Shown in pieces: positions 35,276 to 46,346 of a stretch of DNA of 47,539 nucleotides. The position numbers were made by a program, and so were the translations under genes. The stretch is from Bacillota bacterium (GTDB lineage Bacteria > Bacillota > Thermosediminibacteria > Thermosediminibacterales > Tepidanaerobacteraceae), in NCBI GenBank assembly GCA_023622055.1, contig JAMNZY010000040.1, positions 1-47,539 on the forward strand, read 5' to 3'. The notes beneath the pieces were generated by a model that was given only the letters and a program-made list of their open reading frames with translations, searched no databases and was not told the origin of the DNA. The stretch's first letter is position 1. Each line of letters begins with the position of its first letter.

Positions 35276-36643
35276 ATGATGAAAGTTAATCTGGTAAAGA
35301 TAGAAAATAATAAGGCCTACTTAAACTTTGAGATTGATGAAGAACAATTTGAAGCTGCAATGGAGCGCTCATACAAAAAGAATGTAAAACGCTTTGCAGT
35401 TCCCGGTTTTCGTCGGGGAAAAGCTCCTAGAAAGCTTATTGAAAGACATTATGGACCTGAAGTGTTTTATGAAGATGCAGCTAGATTTTTATTGCCAGAG
35501 GCTTACCAAAAGGGAGTAGAAGAGTATAAATTAGAGCCAGTGGATCAGCCCTCATTTGACATTCAACAAATAGAGATAGGCAAGCCTTTAATAGCTACGG
35601 CAGAAGTGGTAGTTAAACCAGAAGTAAAGATAAAGGAATATAAAGGTTTAGAAGTTGAAAAAATTGTCTATAATGTAACAGATGAAGATGTTGAAAAAGA
35701 GCTGTCTGCTATCCAGGAACAAAATGCAAGACTTGTCACAGTGGAAGATAGAGCAGCGAAAATGGAAGATATAGCTGTCATAGATTTTAAAGGTACCATA
35801 GACAATGAACCCTTTGAAGGGGGTTCTGCCGAAAACTTTTCACTGAAATTGGGTTCAGGTATGTTCATAAAGGGCTTTGAAGAACAAGTTGTGGGCATGA
35901 ATATAGGAGAAAACAAGGATATTGAAGTTACTTTTCCAGAAGACTATGGTGTAAAAGAGCTGGCAGGAAAAAAAGCTGTCTTTAATGTAACATTGAAGGA
36001 ATTAAAAACAAAAGAGTTACTGCCACTAGATGATGACTTTGCAAAGGATGTCAGTGAGTTTGAGACCCTTGATGAGCTAAAGCAAGATATAAAGAAAAGG
36101 CTGGAACAACGGGCCAAGTCCATTGAAGATGGCTCTTTAAAGGCTTCCATAGTAAACAAACTAAAAGAAGTTTCAGAAATTGACATTCCCGATGTAATGA
36201 TAAATCAAGAAATTGATAGACTAGTATTTGATTTTGCTATAAACTTGAGATACCAGGGATATGATTTGCAGTCCTATTTAGATTCAACAGGGCTTACTCC
36301 TGAAAAATTAAGAGAAAGTTTTCGGGACAGAGCTTTAGACAATGTAAAATCCTCACTGATTTTAGAAGAAATAGGAAAAAGGGAAAACATTACAGTTACC
36401 GATGAAGAGCTAGAAAACAAAATCAAGGAATTAGCAGATAGTTACAAACTGACTGTTGAAGATTATAAGAAAAATTTGAGACCAGAAGATATTGCAGGTA
36501 TACAAGACTCCATTTTGACAGAGAAAATCTTTGATTTTCTAATCGCCAATTCTAAAGTTATAGAAAAAAGCAAAGATGATATAATAGAGACAGACAAAGC
36601 CGATGCTGCAGAAGACGAAGATACTGGCGAAAAAACGGTTTAA
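35276..36643 (+). CDS. tig: Trigger factor
   Basis: VPGFRRGKAP ribosome-binding motif; FKBP domain (IDFKG, FEGG, FIKGFEEQ). Confidence 0.95.
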   Translation: MMKVNLVKIENNKAYLNFEIDEEQFEAAMERSYKKNVKRFAVPGFRRGKAPRKLIERHYGPEVFYEDAARFLLPEAYQKGVEEYKLEPVDQPSFDIQQIEIGKPLIATAEVVVKPEVKIKEYKGLEVEKIVYNVTDEDVEKELSAIQEQNARLVTVEDRAAKMEDIAVIDFKGTIDNEPFEGGSAENFSLKLGSGMFIKGFEEQVVGMNIGENKDIEVTFPEDYGVKELAGKKAVFNVTLKELKTKELLPLDDDFAKDVSEFETLDELKQDIKKRLEQRAKSIEDGSLKASIVNKLKEVSEIDIPDVMINQEIDRLVFDFAINLRYQGYDLQSYLDSTGLTPEKLRESFRDRALDNVKSSLILEEIGKRENITVTDEELENKIKELADSYKLTVEDYKKNLRPEDIAGIQDSILTEKIFDFLIANSKVIEKSKDDIIETDKADAAEDEDTGEKTV

Positions 36644-36661
36644 TTTAAGGAGGTATTTGTA

Positions 36662-37246
36662 GTGAGTTTGGTTCCTATAGTAGTGGAACAAACAAACCGT
36701 GGTGAAAGAGCCTATGATATTTATTCTCGACTGCTGAAAGAAAGAATTATTTTCATTGGAACAGCTATAGATGACGCTGTGGCAAGTCTGGTCATAGCCC
36801 AGATGTTATATTTGGAATCAGAAGATCCAGACAAGGATATACGTCTTTATATCAACAGCCCCGGCGGTTCTGTAACAGCAGGTCTTGCCATTTATGACAC
36901 TATGCAATATATAAAGCCAGATGTTTCTACTATGTGCATGGGACTTGCTGCCAGCATGGGAGCAGTACTTCTAGCAGCTGGAACTGAGGGTAAGCGGTAT
37001 GCATTGCCCAATTCTCGCATTATGATTCACCAACCTTGGGGCGGAGTTCAAGGTAAAGCTGTAGATATAGAAACCCATGCGAAAGAAATTCTCCGCTTAA
37101 GAGAAATATTAAATGAAATACTTTCAAAACACACAAAACAACCAATTGATAGAATAGATAAGGATACAGATAGGGATTACTTCATGTCTTCAAAGGAGGC
37201 TTTAGAGTACGGCTTGATTGATGAGGTGATCGAAAAGAGGAAGTAG
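36662..37246 (+). CDS. clpP: ATP-dependent Clp protease proteolytic subunit
   Basis: [29 protein letters not shown]. Confidence 0.97.
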   Translation: MSLVPIVVEQTNRGERAYDIYSRLLKERIIFIGTAIDDAVASLVIAQMLYLESEDPDKDIRLYINSPGGSVTAGLAIYDTMQYIKPDVSTMCMGLAASMGAVLLAAGTEGKRYALPNSRIMIHQPWGGVQGKAVDIETHAKEILRLREILNEILSKHTKQPIDRIDKDTDRDYFMSSKEALEYGLIDEVIEKRK

Positions 37247-37266
37247 GCCGGAAAGGAGAGTGCAAG

Positions 37267-38532
37267 ATGTTCAAATTTAGCGATGAAAAAGGTCAACTGA
37301 AATGCTCATTCTGCGGTAAGACACAGGATCAGGTACGCAAATTAGTGGCAGGTCCCGGCGTTTACATCTGTGATGAGTGTATTGAATTGTGCAATGAAAT
37401 AATAGAAGAAGAGTTCAACGAAGAAGCAGAAATGGACTTTACCGACATACCTAAACCTAGCGAAATCAAAGAAATTCTGGATCAATATGTGGTAGGTCAA
37501 GAACAAGCCAAAAAAATCCTATCTGTAGCTGTGTACAACCATTATAAGCGAATAAACTATCAGGATAAAATTGAAGATGTAGAGCTTCAGAAGAGCAATA
37601 TAATAATGCTAGGGCCAACAGGCAGCGGTAAAACCCTTTTGGCTCAGACCCTAGCTAAAATTTTAAATGTGCCCTTTGCCATAGCTGACGCCACTTCTTT
37701 GACTGAGGCAGGCTATGTAGGGGAAGATGTGGAGAATATTCTTTTGAAACTGATACAGGCTGCCGATTACGATGTGGAAAAGGCAGAGAGAGGTATAGTA
37801 TATATTGACGAGATAGATAAAATTGCACGAAAATCAGATAATCCATCCATAACGCGAGATGTTTCTGGTGAAGGTGTACAGCAGGCCTTACTTAAAATAT
37901 TGGAGGGTACAGTAGCCAGTGTTCCTCCTCAAGGTGGTCGCAAGCACCCTCATCAGGAATTTATCCAAATTGACACTACAAATATACTGTTTATATGTGG
38001 CGGAGCCTTCGAAGGTATTGACAAAATAATCGAGAATCGCATTGGCAAGAAATCAATAGGATTTGAAGCTGAAATCAAAAGCCAGACAGAAAAAAATGTA
38101 GGAGATATGTTGAAACATCTCATGCCTGAAGACTTACTAAAATACGGCATGATTCCTGAATTCATCGGGAGATTGCCGATAATCGTAACCCTTTCTGCAT
38201 TAGACGAAAAAGCTCTGGTAAAAATCTTGAAAGAACCTAAAAATGCCCTTGTAAAACAATATCAGAAACTCTTTGAGATGGATAATGCTCAACTAGAGTT
38301 TACTGATGATGCACTGACTGTAATTGCCCAAGAAGCAATTCGTAGAAAGACTGGTGCCAGAGGTCTCCGGTCCATAATGGAAGATATTATGCTGGATATC
38401 ATGTATGAACTTCCACATAGAAATGACATTGCCAAATGTGTAATAACCAAAGAAGTAGTAATTAACCGTGAAGAACCAATAATAGTAACATCAGACCGCA
38501 AAAAAGGCAAAAAGAAAGAAGAAACTGCATAA
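37267..38532 (+). CDS. clpX: ATP-dependent Clp protease ATP-binding subunit
   Basis: CSFCGK...CDEC Zn finger, [18 protein letters not shown] loop. Confidence 0.97.
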   Translation: MFKFSDEKGQLKCSFCGKTQDQVRKLVAGPGVYICDECIELCNEIIEEEFNEEAEMDFTDIPKPSEIKEILDQYVVGQEQAKKILSVAVYNHYKRINYQDKIEDVELQKSNIIMLGPTGSGKTLLAQTLAKILNVPFAIADATSLTEAGYVGEDVENILLKLIQAADYDVEKAERGIVYIDEIDKIARKSDNPSITRDVSGEGVQQALLKILEGTVASVPPQGGRKHPHQEFIQIDTTNILFICGGAFEGIDKIIENRIGKKSIGFEAEIKSQTEKNVGDMLKHLMPEDLLKYGMIPEFIGRLPIIVTLSALDEKALVKILKEPKNALVKQYQKLFEMDNAQLEFTDDALTVIAQEAIRRKTGARGLRSIMEDIMLDIMYELPHRNDIAKCVITKEVVINREEPIIVTSDRKKGKKKEETA

Positions 38533-38550
38533 AATTTTAATCTGACAAGC

Positions 38551-38694
38551 AGGAACCGTTCCTATGAATATTTAGGAATGGTTCTTTTTTATTTGCCAAC
38601 CGCCAGTGAATTTTTGGGGACGGGTACATTTTATTCAAGAACCATTAACTGAATATTTTTAACTGAATATTTGGGTATAGCTCCTTTTTATTCA
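38551..38694. repeat. Cluster of three degenerate 31-bp REP-like units (first one forms the clpX terminator hairpin)
   Basis: TGAATWWWW-N13-TTTTATTYR at 38565-38595, 38607-38637, 38664-38694; hairpin AGGAACCGTTCCT/AGGAATGGTTCTT + T-run. Confidence 0.7.
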
Positions 38695-38803
38695 CGGGCC
38701 ACAGACAAAAAGGAGGGTAAATCCTGTTATAAAAAAACTGTTATTAATAAATAATATAAACAGTGATTGGCAAAGATAAAACTCCATAAGGAGGAACAGC
38801 AAC

Positions 38804-40453
38804 ATGAATGTTACAGTAAATGTACTGAGCCTGATTCAAATTTTTTTTGCCATAGTTATCGGGCTTTATTTTTTAAACCTTCTAAAAACCCAGCAGGGAA
38901 GCAAAATCGCCATTGACAGGGAATCTCGCAAAGAGATGGAAAAACTCCAGCAGTTGCGGCAAATATCACTGACAGAGCCATTGGCGGAAAAAACCAGGCC
39001 CTCAAGCTTTGGCGAAATCGTAGGTCAAAGTGATGGCCTAAAGGCTCTTCGGGCAGCCCTTTGTGGTCCCAATCCTCAACATGTTATCTTATACGGTCCT
39101 CCGGGTATTGGGAAAACTGCCGCAGCCAGGCTTGTCCTTGAAGAAGCTAAAAAATCCCCTGGGTCTCCCTTTGGGCCAGACGCCAAGTTTATAGAAGTAG
39201 ATGCCACAATTGCCAGATTTGATGAAAGGGGAATAGCGGATCCTCTCATCGGCTCGGTACATGATCCCATATATCAAGGTGCAGGTCCCCTTGGCGTTGC
39301 AGGGATACCACAGCCTAAGCCGGGGGCTGTGACAAAAGCTCACGGTGGTGTACTGTTCATTGATGAGATAGGTGAACTTCACCCAATTCAAATGAATAAA
39401 CTTTTAAAAGTACTAGAGGACCGCAAAGTGTTTTTGGAGAGTGCCTATTACAGCAGCGAAGATACAAACATACCTCGCCATATCCACGATATTTTCCAAA
39501 ATGGTCTCCCGGCTGATTTCAGGTTAATCGGCGCCACTACCAGAAATCCAGAGGAAATACCGCCAGCTATACGCTCTAGATGTTTAGAAATATTTTTTAA
39601 GCCCCTGTCACCAGAGGACATTGCCATTATCGTGAAAAATGCTGTAGACAAAATTGGATTTGAAATAGATGACTTATCAATAAGTACAATTAAAAGATAT
39701 GCCACAAATGGCAGAGAGGCTGTTAACATTATTCAGATGGCGGCAGGCCTAGCCACCCGTGAAAACAGAAAGCGCATTGAGGCACGAGATGTGGAATGGG
39801 TGATAAACAGTGGTCAGTATGCTCCGAGACCGGAGAAAAAAGTAAATCCGAAACCTCAAGTAGGCCTAGCTAATGGTCTTGCGGTATATGGGCCAAATAT
39901 GGGTATTCTTTTGGAAATAGAAGCCACAGCCATAGAGGCAGAAAAAGGTCAGGGCAGTTTATTGGTAACTGGAGTTGTTGAAGAAGAGGAAATGGGGGGC
40001 AATGCCCATCGACTTAAGCGAAGGGGCACTGCTAGAGGTTCAGTGGATAATGTGATGACGGTAATCAGAAAATTTTTAGGCATAGATCCTAGAAACTTTG
40101 ACATTCACTTAAATTTTCCAGGAGGAGTACCCCTTGACGGCCCTTCCGCTGGTGTAGCAATAGCAGTTTCAATTTATTCAGCTATAAAAAGCATTCCAGT
40201 GGACAACTATGTTGCCATGACAGGAGAATTATCGATACGAGGCTATGTAAAGCCTGTAGGCGGTATCAAGCCGAAAATCGAGGCTGCAAAAAGAGCCGGG
40301 GCAAAAACAGTAATCATACCGAAGGAAAACTGGCAAGACAGCTTCAAAACTTATGATTTGAACATAATTCCCGTTGATAGAATAGAAGAAGTTATAGAAA
40401 GGGTCATGTTAACTGTAAAACCCCATGTTAAAACAGAGAGGGTTTCTGTTTAG
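38804..40453 (+). CDS. lonB: Sporulation-type Lon protease LonB
   Basis: N-terminal TM, LCGPNPQHVILYGPPGIGKT, DGPSAG, PVGGIKPKIEAA; position between clpX and lon. Confidence 0.9.
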   Translation: MNVTVNVLSLIQIFFAIVIGLYFLNLLKTQQGSKIAIDRESRKEMEKLQQLRQISLTEPLAEKTRPSSFGEIVGQSDGLKALRAALCGPNPQHVILYGPPGIGKTAAARLVLEEAKKSPGSPFGPDAKFIEVDATIARFDERGIADPLIGSVHDPIYQGAGPLGVAGIPQPKPGAVTKAHGGVLFIDEIGELHPIQMNKLLKVLEDRKVFLESAYYSSEDTNIPRHIHDIFQNGLPADFRLIGATTRNPEEIPPAIRSRCLEIFFKPLSPEDIAIIVKNAVDKIGFEIDDLSISTIKRYATNGREAVNIIQMAAGLATRENRKRIEARDVEWVINSGQYAPRPEKKVNPKPQVGLANGLAVYGPNMGILLEIEATAIEAEKGQGSLLVTGVVEEEEMGGNAHRLKRRGTARGSVDNVMTVIRKFLGIDPRNFDIHLNFPGGVPLDGPSAGVAIAVSIYSAIKSIPVDNYVAMTGELSIRGYVKPVGGIKPKIEAAKRAGAKTVIIPKENWQDSFKTYDLNIIPVDRIEEVIERVMLTVKPHVKTERVSV

Positions 40454-40465
40454 CTTTAAGATAGA

Positions 40466-40494
40466 GGAGGAATTAGTAAAGTTTTATCGAATAG
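40466..40494 (+). promoter_or_regulatory. SigmaH-type promoter upstream of lon
   Basis: GGAGGAATT-11 bp-ATCGAATAG matches RNAGGAWWW-N11/12-RNNGAAT. Confidence 0.55.
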
Positions 40495-40543
40495 ATTAAA
40501 AAGAGAAAAAATAATTGATATCACCTGGATTAGGGGGAGTATA

Positions 40544-42928
40544 GTGGGGAACACTTTTACAAATAGAACGATACCACTGTTGCCGCTTCGTGGTTTGTTG
40601 GTATTTCCCAACATGGTTTTACATTTTGATGTGGGAAGGGACAAATCAATTGGAGCTCTTGAAGAAGCAATGGTGGCAGACCAAAAAATATTACTAGTGG
40701 CTCAAAAAGATGCGAAAATAGATTTTCCTACAAAAAATGAGATTTACACCACCGGCACAGTTGCTAAAATAAAACAGCTTTTAAAGATGCCCCAAGACAC
40801 AATTAGAGTGTTAATTGAAGGGCTAAATAGGGCTGTAATTGATAACTACATCCAAACAGATCCATTTTTTAAAGTAGAAATTAAAGAAGTCATGGAAAGT
40901 GATGAAAAAGCAGATACTCAAGAGGAAGCTCTCATGAGGAGCATTCTAAACCTTTTTGAACGATATATGAACATGACCAAAAAATTACCACCAGATATTT
41001 TGATTTCTCTGGAAAATGTGTCAAATCCAGGGCGTTTTGCTGATATTGTGGCCTCTCATCTAGCCATAAAAATTGAAGACAAGCAAAGAATTTTAGAGAC
41101 TCTGGAATTTAAAGATCGGTTAGAATTGCTTTTCCAGATAATCTCACAGGAAATAGAAATCCTTGAAATTGAAAAGAAAATAAATTACAGGGTAAAAAAA
41201 CAAATAGAAAAAAACCAAAAAGAGTACTACCTGAGAGAGCAGATGAAGGCAATTCAAAAGGAGCTGGGCCAGCAAGATGAAAGGACAGCTGAAGCTGATG
41301 AGTACCGAGAAAAAATACTAGCCCTAGAGCTTAAGGAGGACATACAAGAAAAGCTCCTAAAAGAAGTAGACAGGATGGAAAAAATGCCTGCAGCTGCAGT
41401 AGAGCTTTCCGTAATTAGGACATATTTGGATTGGGTCCTCTCTCTTCCCTGGAATAGCTTTACCCAGGATAGTGTAGATATAAAAAAAGCAGCAAAGGTT
41501 TTAGAGGAAGATCACTATGGGCTAACCAAGGTAAAAGAAAGAATACTGGAGTTTCTTGCTGTCCGGAAATTGTCGGGGAAGATAAAAGGGCCCATCTTGT
41601 GCTTAGTAGGTCCGCCGGGAGTTGGAAAAACTTCTCTAGCCAGGTCTGTGGCACGTGCCATGGGGCGAAAATTTGTAAGAGTATCCTTAGGCGGTGTCAG
41701 AGATGAAGCGGAAATTCGAGGCCACAGAAGGACATATGTGGGTTCCATGCCAGGCAGAGTAATACAAGGCATACGTCAGGCTAGGTCGCAAAATCCAGTT
41801 TTTTTGTTAGATGAAATAGATAAAATGAATGCAGATTTCAGAGGAGACCCTTCTTCAGCTTTGCTGGAAGTGCTGGACCCAGAACAAAACAACAGTTTTT
41901 CAGATCACTACCTTGAAATTCCCTTTGACTTATCTAGAGTGATGTTTATTGCAACTGCAAATAATTTATACAATATTCCAAGGCCTCTTTTAGATCGCAT
42001 GGAAGTAGTGACAATTCCCGGATATACGGAAGATGAAAAACTAGAAATAGCAAAGCGGCATCTAATTCCTAAACAGCTTAAGGAACACGGCTTAGATTTA
42101 TCATATGTGACTTTTCATGACAGTGCTTTAATTAAAATTGTAAGAAATTACACTAGAGAAGCGGGAGTCCGGAATTTAGAGCGGGCAATTGCCAATATAT
42201 GCCGCAAAATAGCCCGTGCTGTAGTTGAAGGTGAGAAAAATACCATAGATGTAGATGAAGACCTAGTGGAAAAGTTCTTAGGGGTGCCCCGGTACCACTA
42301 TGGCACTGTAGAAAAACAGGATTTAATAGGTGTTGCTACAGGCCTTGCTTGGACAGAAGTAGGTGGAGATATTTTAAATATAGAAGTCTCTGTTATGAAA
42401 GGTGAAGGCAAGTTAATTCTCACTGGAAAACTTGGGGATGTGATGCAAGAATCTGCCCATGCCAGCTATAGCTATGTTAGGTCTAAGGCTCACTTGTTAA
42501 ATATCGATGAGGATTTTCACAAAAAATACGACATACACATCCATGTGCCTGAAGGCGCCATACCTAAAGACGGCCCTTCTGCCGGCATTACAATTACCTG
42601 TGCCCTTATTTCAGCCTTGGCCATGCGACCAGTGGATAGAACTGTTGCTATGACTGGGGAAATAACACTGCGGGGAAGAGTACTTCCTGTTGGAGGTATT
42701 AAGGAAAAGGTCCTGGCAGCCCATAGAGCAGGAATAAAGACCATTATACTGCCTGAAGAGAATACAAAGGATTTGGAAGAAGTTCCTCAAAGGGTAAAAG
42801 ATGAACTGTGCTTTATATTTGTAAATACTATGGATGAAGTTATAGAAAAGACTTTAAAGCCTTTGCCAGAGAAACCTGTCAATATAGAAAAAAGTGAATC
42901 GGATCATTTCAACTTGTATACTTCCTAA
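40544..42928 (+). CDS. lon: ATP-dependent protease La
   Basis: PLLPLRG N-domain, [29 protein letters not shown]. Confidence 0.97.
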   Translation: MGNTFTNRTIPLLPLRGLLVFPNMVLHFDVGRDKSIGALEEAMVADQKILLVAQKDAKIDFPTKNEIYTTGTVAKIKQLLKMPQDTIRVLIEGLNRAVIDNYIQTDPFFKVEIKEVMESDEKADTQEEALMRSILNLFERYMNMTKKLPPDILISLENVSNPGRFADIVASHLAIKIEDKQRILETLEFKDRLELLFQIISQEIEILEIEKKINYRVKKQIEKNQKEYYLREQMKAIQKELGQQDERTAEADEYREKILALELKEDIQEKLLKEVDRMEKMPAAAVELSVIRTYLDWVLSLPWNSFTQDSVDIKKAAKVLEEDHYGLTKVKERILEFLAVRKLSGKIKGPILCLVGPPGVGKTSLARSVARAMGRKFVRVSLGGVRDEAEIRGHRRTYVGSMPGRVIQGIRQARSQNPVFLLDEIDKMNADFRGDPSSALLEVLDPEQNNSFSDHYLEIPFDLSRVMFIATANNLYNIPRPLLDRMEVVTIPGYTEDEKLEIAKRHLIPKQLKEHGLDLSYVTFHDSALIKIVRNYTREAGVRNLERAIANICRKIARAVVEGEKNTIDVDEDLVEKFLGVPRYHYGTVEKQDLIGVATGLAWTEVGGDILNIEVSVMKGEGKLILTGKLGDVMQESAHASYSYVRSKAHLLNIDEDFHKKYDIHIHVPEGAIPKDGPSAGITITCALISALAMRPVDRTVAMTGEITLRGRVLPVGGIKEKVLAAHRAGIKTIILPEENTKDLEEVPQRVKDELCFIFVNTMDEVIEKTLKPLPEKPVNIEKSESDHFNLYTS

Positions 42929-42942
42929 CCTTGGGTTACGAC

Positions 42943-42973
42943 AAAAAAGGATATCTACAAGATATCCTTTTTT
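42943..42973. terminator. Terminator after lon
   Basis: AAAAAAGGATATCT-aca-AGATATCCTTTTTT. Confidence 0.8.
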
Positions 42974-43082
42974 GTATTTATAAAAACTATTCTTCACCAT
43001 AGTAATATCTGCTTCATAACATATATTAGATTATTCATAATCAAAATAGTGGCCAAATACATGGTAAAGGAGGGATACAACT

Positions 43083-43715
43083 TTGATAAGATATATAGTT
43101 CGTGCGGGAGATACTCTATCCCAAATTGCAGCAAGATACGGCACTACTGTAGCCGCTATTGTGGAAGCAAACAATTTAACCAACCCAGATTTAATATTTG
43201 TGGGGCAAGTATTGTTAATCCCTGTGTCAGAGGAAACACCACAACCGCCGCCTGATTGTCCGCCTTGCCCGCCTACCCATCCGTCTCCACCTTCGCCGCC
43301 CACACCCACTCCGCCGTCAACCAGGCCAGTGGTTACGCGGACCTTTGACGGTGTCCAATATACTCTTTCACTAAACAAAGGAGTATACAGGCTGGGAGAA
43401 CAAATAATAATAAGATTTCGAAAGAAAAACATATTAAATGTACCCCTCACTCTAACTTATAGAACTTCTCAAAAAGTTGATTTCAGGGTGACCCGAGATG
43501 ACAGATTAGTTTGGCAGTGGTCCCAGGGAAGAGTTTTCACCCAAGCCATAACCACTGATAGATTGCAACCTGGAGAAGAAATTGTTTATCGGGAGGTATG
43601 GAATCAAAGGGCTGACGGTATCATTACAAGGCCAGGCCTATACAGATTAACGGGGTGGAATTTGGCTACACCAGGTGTCAGATTGAGCCTTGAATTTAGA
43701 ATAACAGCACAATAA
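43083..43715 (+). CDS. LysM domain + Pro-rich linker + BsuPI-like (intracellular proteinase inhibitor) domain protein, probably spore-associated
   Basis: YIVRAGDTLSQIAARYGTT...NPDLIFVGQVLLIP; PPPDCPPCPP...; TLTYRTSQKVDF...VWQWSQGRVFTQA...LQPGE...WNQ; no signal peptide; RBS AAGGAGG. Confidence 0.8.
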   Translation: MIRYIVRAGDTLSQIAARYGTTVAAIVEANNLTNPDLIFVGQVLLIPVSEETPQPPPDCPPCPPTHPSPPSPPTPTPPSTRPVVTRTFDGVQYTLSLNKGVYRLGEQIIIRFRKKNILNVPLTLTYRTSQKVDFRVTRDDRLVWQWSQGRVFTQAITTDRLQPGEEIVYREVWNQRADGIITRPGLYRLTGWNLATPGVRLSLEFRITAQ

Positions 43716-43730
43716 GGCGGTATAATTGTC

Positions 43731-43765
43731 AAAGGGGCGAATTATGAAGTGTTCGCCTCTTTTTA
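43731..43765 (+). terminator. Rho-independent terminator
   Basis: AAAGGGGCGAA...TTCGCCTCTTT + T-run. Confidence 0.65.
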
Positions 43766-43840
43766 TTTTTTTCTTTACATTGCTAAAACTGCTGATTTTA
43801 TATATAATATTTAATGAAAAAGACAAGAGAGGAGATCGCA

Positions 43841-44254
43841 ATGATGGTCGTTTTTGACCCTGGTGTGCGGCATAGAATCATGGTCTGTGTGACACCTCAG
43901 AAAAGTTGCAAAAGATTGATATCAAAAGGAGCTGCCAGGGCTAGAGAAATGGACGGCCAATTTGTAGTAATATATGTAAACAACAAGAAAGATTTAAATA
44001 GAGAATTAAAAGAACACAAGATTCTATTGGAGTTATTTGAATTAGCAAAAGATTTGGGTGGAACAGTTTCCATTTTAACGGGAGAAAAGATTTATGATAC
44101 TTTGGAAGAGTTTGCCAAAGAAAACAAAATAACATATATAATAATGGGCAAATCTTTGCGTTCAACATTCGAAATTCAAAAGCAAGGTGAAGTTATTAAT
44201 TCACTCATAAGTGCAGTGGAGAAAAAAGGCATAATGGTGGAGATTGTGGATTGA
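43841..44254 (+). CDS. Stand-alone universal stress protein (KdpD USP-domain-like)
   Basis: RIMVCVT..KSC.RLI..GA, VIYV, LAKDLGG, FAKENKITYIIMGKS. Confidence 0.75.
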   Translation: MMVVFDPGVRHRIMVCVTPQKSCKRLISKGAARAREMDGQFVVIYVNNKKDLNRELKEHKILLELFELAKDLGGTVSILTGEKIYDTLEEFAKENKITYIIMGKSLRSTFEIQKQGEVINSLISAVEKKGIMVEIVD

Positions 44255-44260
44255 TTTAGT

Positions 44261-44803
44261 TTGAGGAGGATATTCTTGAAAGGGTTTTGGGAGTATCTAT
44301 ATAATAATGACAAGAAGTTATTTGAATATATAAATAAGAAAATAAAGTGTAGGATACTAGATATATTCATGCCGCGGATTACCCATTTAGGTGGTGTCAG
44401 CTTCACTGTACTTTCCTGCCTTTTTCTATATTTGTTCGGCCAAAGTGAGGCGAAAACAGCTGCTACGCAAGCCTTTATTACTTTGACAGGCAGTCAGGGA
44501 ATAGTGCAGCTTTTCAAAAACACCATAGCCCGCAAAAGGCCTTATTTAGTTTTGCCTGAGGTGAATACGTTTTGGAGTAAGCTTTTAAAAGACCACTCTT
44601 TTCCATCTGGCCATACAACCGCAGGTTTTTCCCTAGCAGCAGTTTTTGCTACACATTTTCCTGCCTATAGCCCCATATCATACTTTCTGGCTACAATGGT
44701 AGGAATATCTCGCATATACACTGGAATGCACTACCCTTCTGATGTATTGACTGGTGCCATATTAGGCATGGTATGTGCTACTTTAACAGAGCTTTTTATG
44801 TAA
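44261..44803 (+). CDS. PAP2-family membrane phosphatase
   Basis: K-x6-RP, SFPSGH, SRIYTGMHYPSDV. Confidence 0.9.
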   Translation: MRRIFLKGFWEYLYNNDKKLFEYINKKIKCRILDIFMPRITHLGGVSFTVLSCLFLYLFGQSEAKTAATQAFITLTGSQGIVQLFKNTIARKRPYLVLPEVNTFWSKLLKDHSFPSGHTTAGFSLAAVFATHFPAYSPISYFLATMVGISRIYTGMHYPSDVLTGAILGMVCATLTELFM

Positions 44804-44808
44804 ATAAC

Positions 44809-44848
44809 GACGGTTCCTAAATAGAGAGGAACCGTCTCATATTATTCA
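44809..44848. repeat. Degenerate REP-like unit (reverse orientation) forming a hairpin
   Basis: GACGGTTCCT-aaatagag-AGGAACCGTC; reverse complement of 44818-44848 reads TGAATAATA-TGAGACGGTTCCT-CTCTATTTA. Confidence 0.6.
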
Positions 44849-44855
44849 ATCTTAA

Positions 44856-44885
44856 AAAGGAATTTAATGTTTTAAAGTGGAATAC
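44856..44885 (+). promoter_or_regulatory. SigmaH-type promoter upstream of pepV
   Basis: AAAGGAATT-12 bp-GTGGAATAC. Confidence 0.55.
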
Positions 44886-44917
44886 TATAATAAAAGCGTG
44901 AGTTGGAGGCAAAATGT

Positions 44918-46306
44918 ATGGATATAGAACAGGCAATTACTTTAAATGAGAAACAATTGCTAACAGCAACCAGCGAAATAATTAAAATCAGGAGTGTCAG
45001 AGAAACACCACAAGAAGGCATGCCTTTTGGTGAAGGACCTGCAAAAGCACTAAATTACGCCTTAGATCTGGCAAAAAGTTTTGGCCTTGAGACAAAAAAC
45101 CTAGATAATTATGCAGGATGGGCCCAGTGGGGTGAAGGGGATGAAATGATTGGGATATTGGTGCACCTTGATGTGGTGCCGGAGGGCAGCGGATGGACTT
45201 TTCCCCCTTATGGCGGAAAAATACACAATGGCAGAGTTTACGGCAGAGGAGCTATAGATAATAAAGGGCCTGCTATGGCCGCTTTGTTTGCACTAAAATC
45301 TCTGAAAGATGCCGGAATCAAATTTAACAGAAGGGTGCGAGTAATTTTCGGCACTGATGAAGAAAGTGGCTTTGAATGCATGGAATATTATAAAAAATAC
45401 GATGAACCTCCCACCATGGGTTTTTCCCCTGATGCCAATTATCCCATTATAAATGGTGAGAAGGGAATACTGACTTTTTCTTTTGCCTCTTTGTTTGATG
45501 AGAAAAAAGCAGACCAGGGTGCTAAATTGCTGTCATTTAAAGGTGGTCATCGCCCCAATATGGTCCCAGATTATGCCGAGGCTCATATTGCAGGAAATAT
45601 AGATGAAATCACTGATGCAGTAGAAAGTGCCATAAATACTGTTCCTGGAAATTTTGAAGTTGAGGAAAAACAAGACAGGGTCATAATTAAATCATACGGT
45701 GTTTCTGCCCATGCCAGCACACCTGAAAAAGGCAAAAACGCTTGTATGCTCTTGGCAAATCTTTTAGGCAAAGTGAGACTTTCAAAGCCCTACAGTGATT
45801 TTGTGGAGTTTTTAAATGACAAAATCGGTCTAGATACCACTGGCAAAGGTTTGGGTATAGATTTTAAAGATGATATTTCTGGTCAGCTTACCTTTAATGT
45901 AGGCATACTTGAGAGCGATGAGAACAAGGCAACAGTTACAATAAATATTCGCTATCCCATAAAATACAAGGGAGAAGAGATAATTGAACAAATTCGGAAA
46001 AATACACCGGAATTTATCCAGATAGAAAATATTTCTGATAACAAACCCCATTATGTTCCTGAAGACAGCATAATAATTCAAAAGCTTAAATACGCCTATG
46101 AAAAAGTAACCGGCGAAAAAGCTTATTGTTTTTCTATAGGTGGCGGCACATATGCCAGAATGTTTGATAACTGTGTAGCTTTTGGACCAATTTTCCCAGG
46201 AAAACCGGAACTGGCACATCAAGTTGATGAGTACATTGAAGTGGAAGATCTCTTTAAAAATTTGAGGATTTACACCTATGTTTTAAAAGAATTAATCACA
46301 GAGTAA
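44918..46306 (+). CDS. pepV: M20 family dipeptidase PepV
   Basis: PFGEGP, HLDVVPEG, GRGAIDNKGP, GTDEESG, NGEKG, GGGTYAR, AHQVDE. Confidence 0.9.
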   Translation: MDIEQAITLNEKQLLTATSEIIKIRSVRETPQEGMPFGEGPAKALNYALDLAKSFGLETKNLDNYAGWAQWGEGDEMIGILVHLDVVPEGSGWTFPPYGGKIHNGRVYGRGAIDNKGPAMAALFALKSLKDAGIKFNRRVRVIFGTDEESGFECMEYYKKYDEPPTMGFSPDANYPIINGEKGILTFSFASLFDEKKADQGAKLLSFKGGHRPNMVPDYAEAHIAGNIDEITDAVESAINTVPGNFEVEEKQDRVIIKSYGVSAHASTPEKGKNACMLLANLLGKVRLSKPYSDFVEFLNDKIGLDTTGKGLGIDFKDDISGQLTFNVGILESDENKATVTINIRYPIKYKGEEIIEQIRKNTPEFIQIENISDNKPHYVPEDSIIIQKLKYAYEKVTGEKAYCFSIGGGTYARMFDNCVAFGPIFPGKPELAHQVDEYIEVEDLFKNLRIYTYVLKELITE

Positions 46307-46346
46307 GTAAGGTGTTTTTATAGTTGTTATGCAAGGAGGGGCCGGT

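Noticed and set aside
38551-38700. Repeat cluster as a degenerate CRISPR or riboswitch
   Set aside because: Irregular short spacers (11 and 26 bp), divergent units, no cas genes, no known riboswitch motif; fits a REP-like element better
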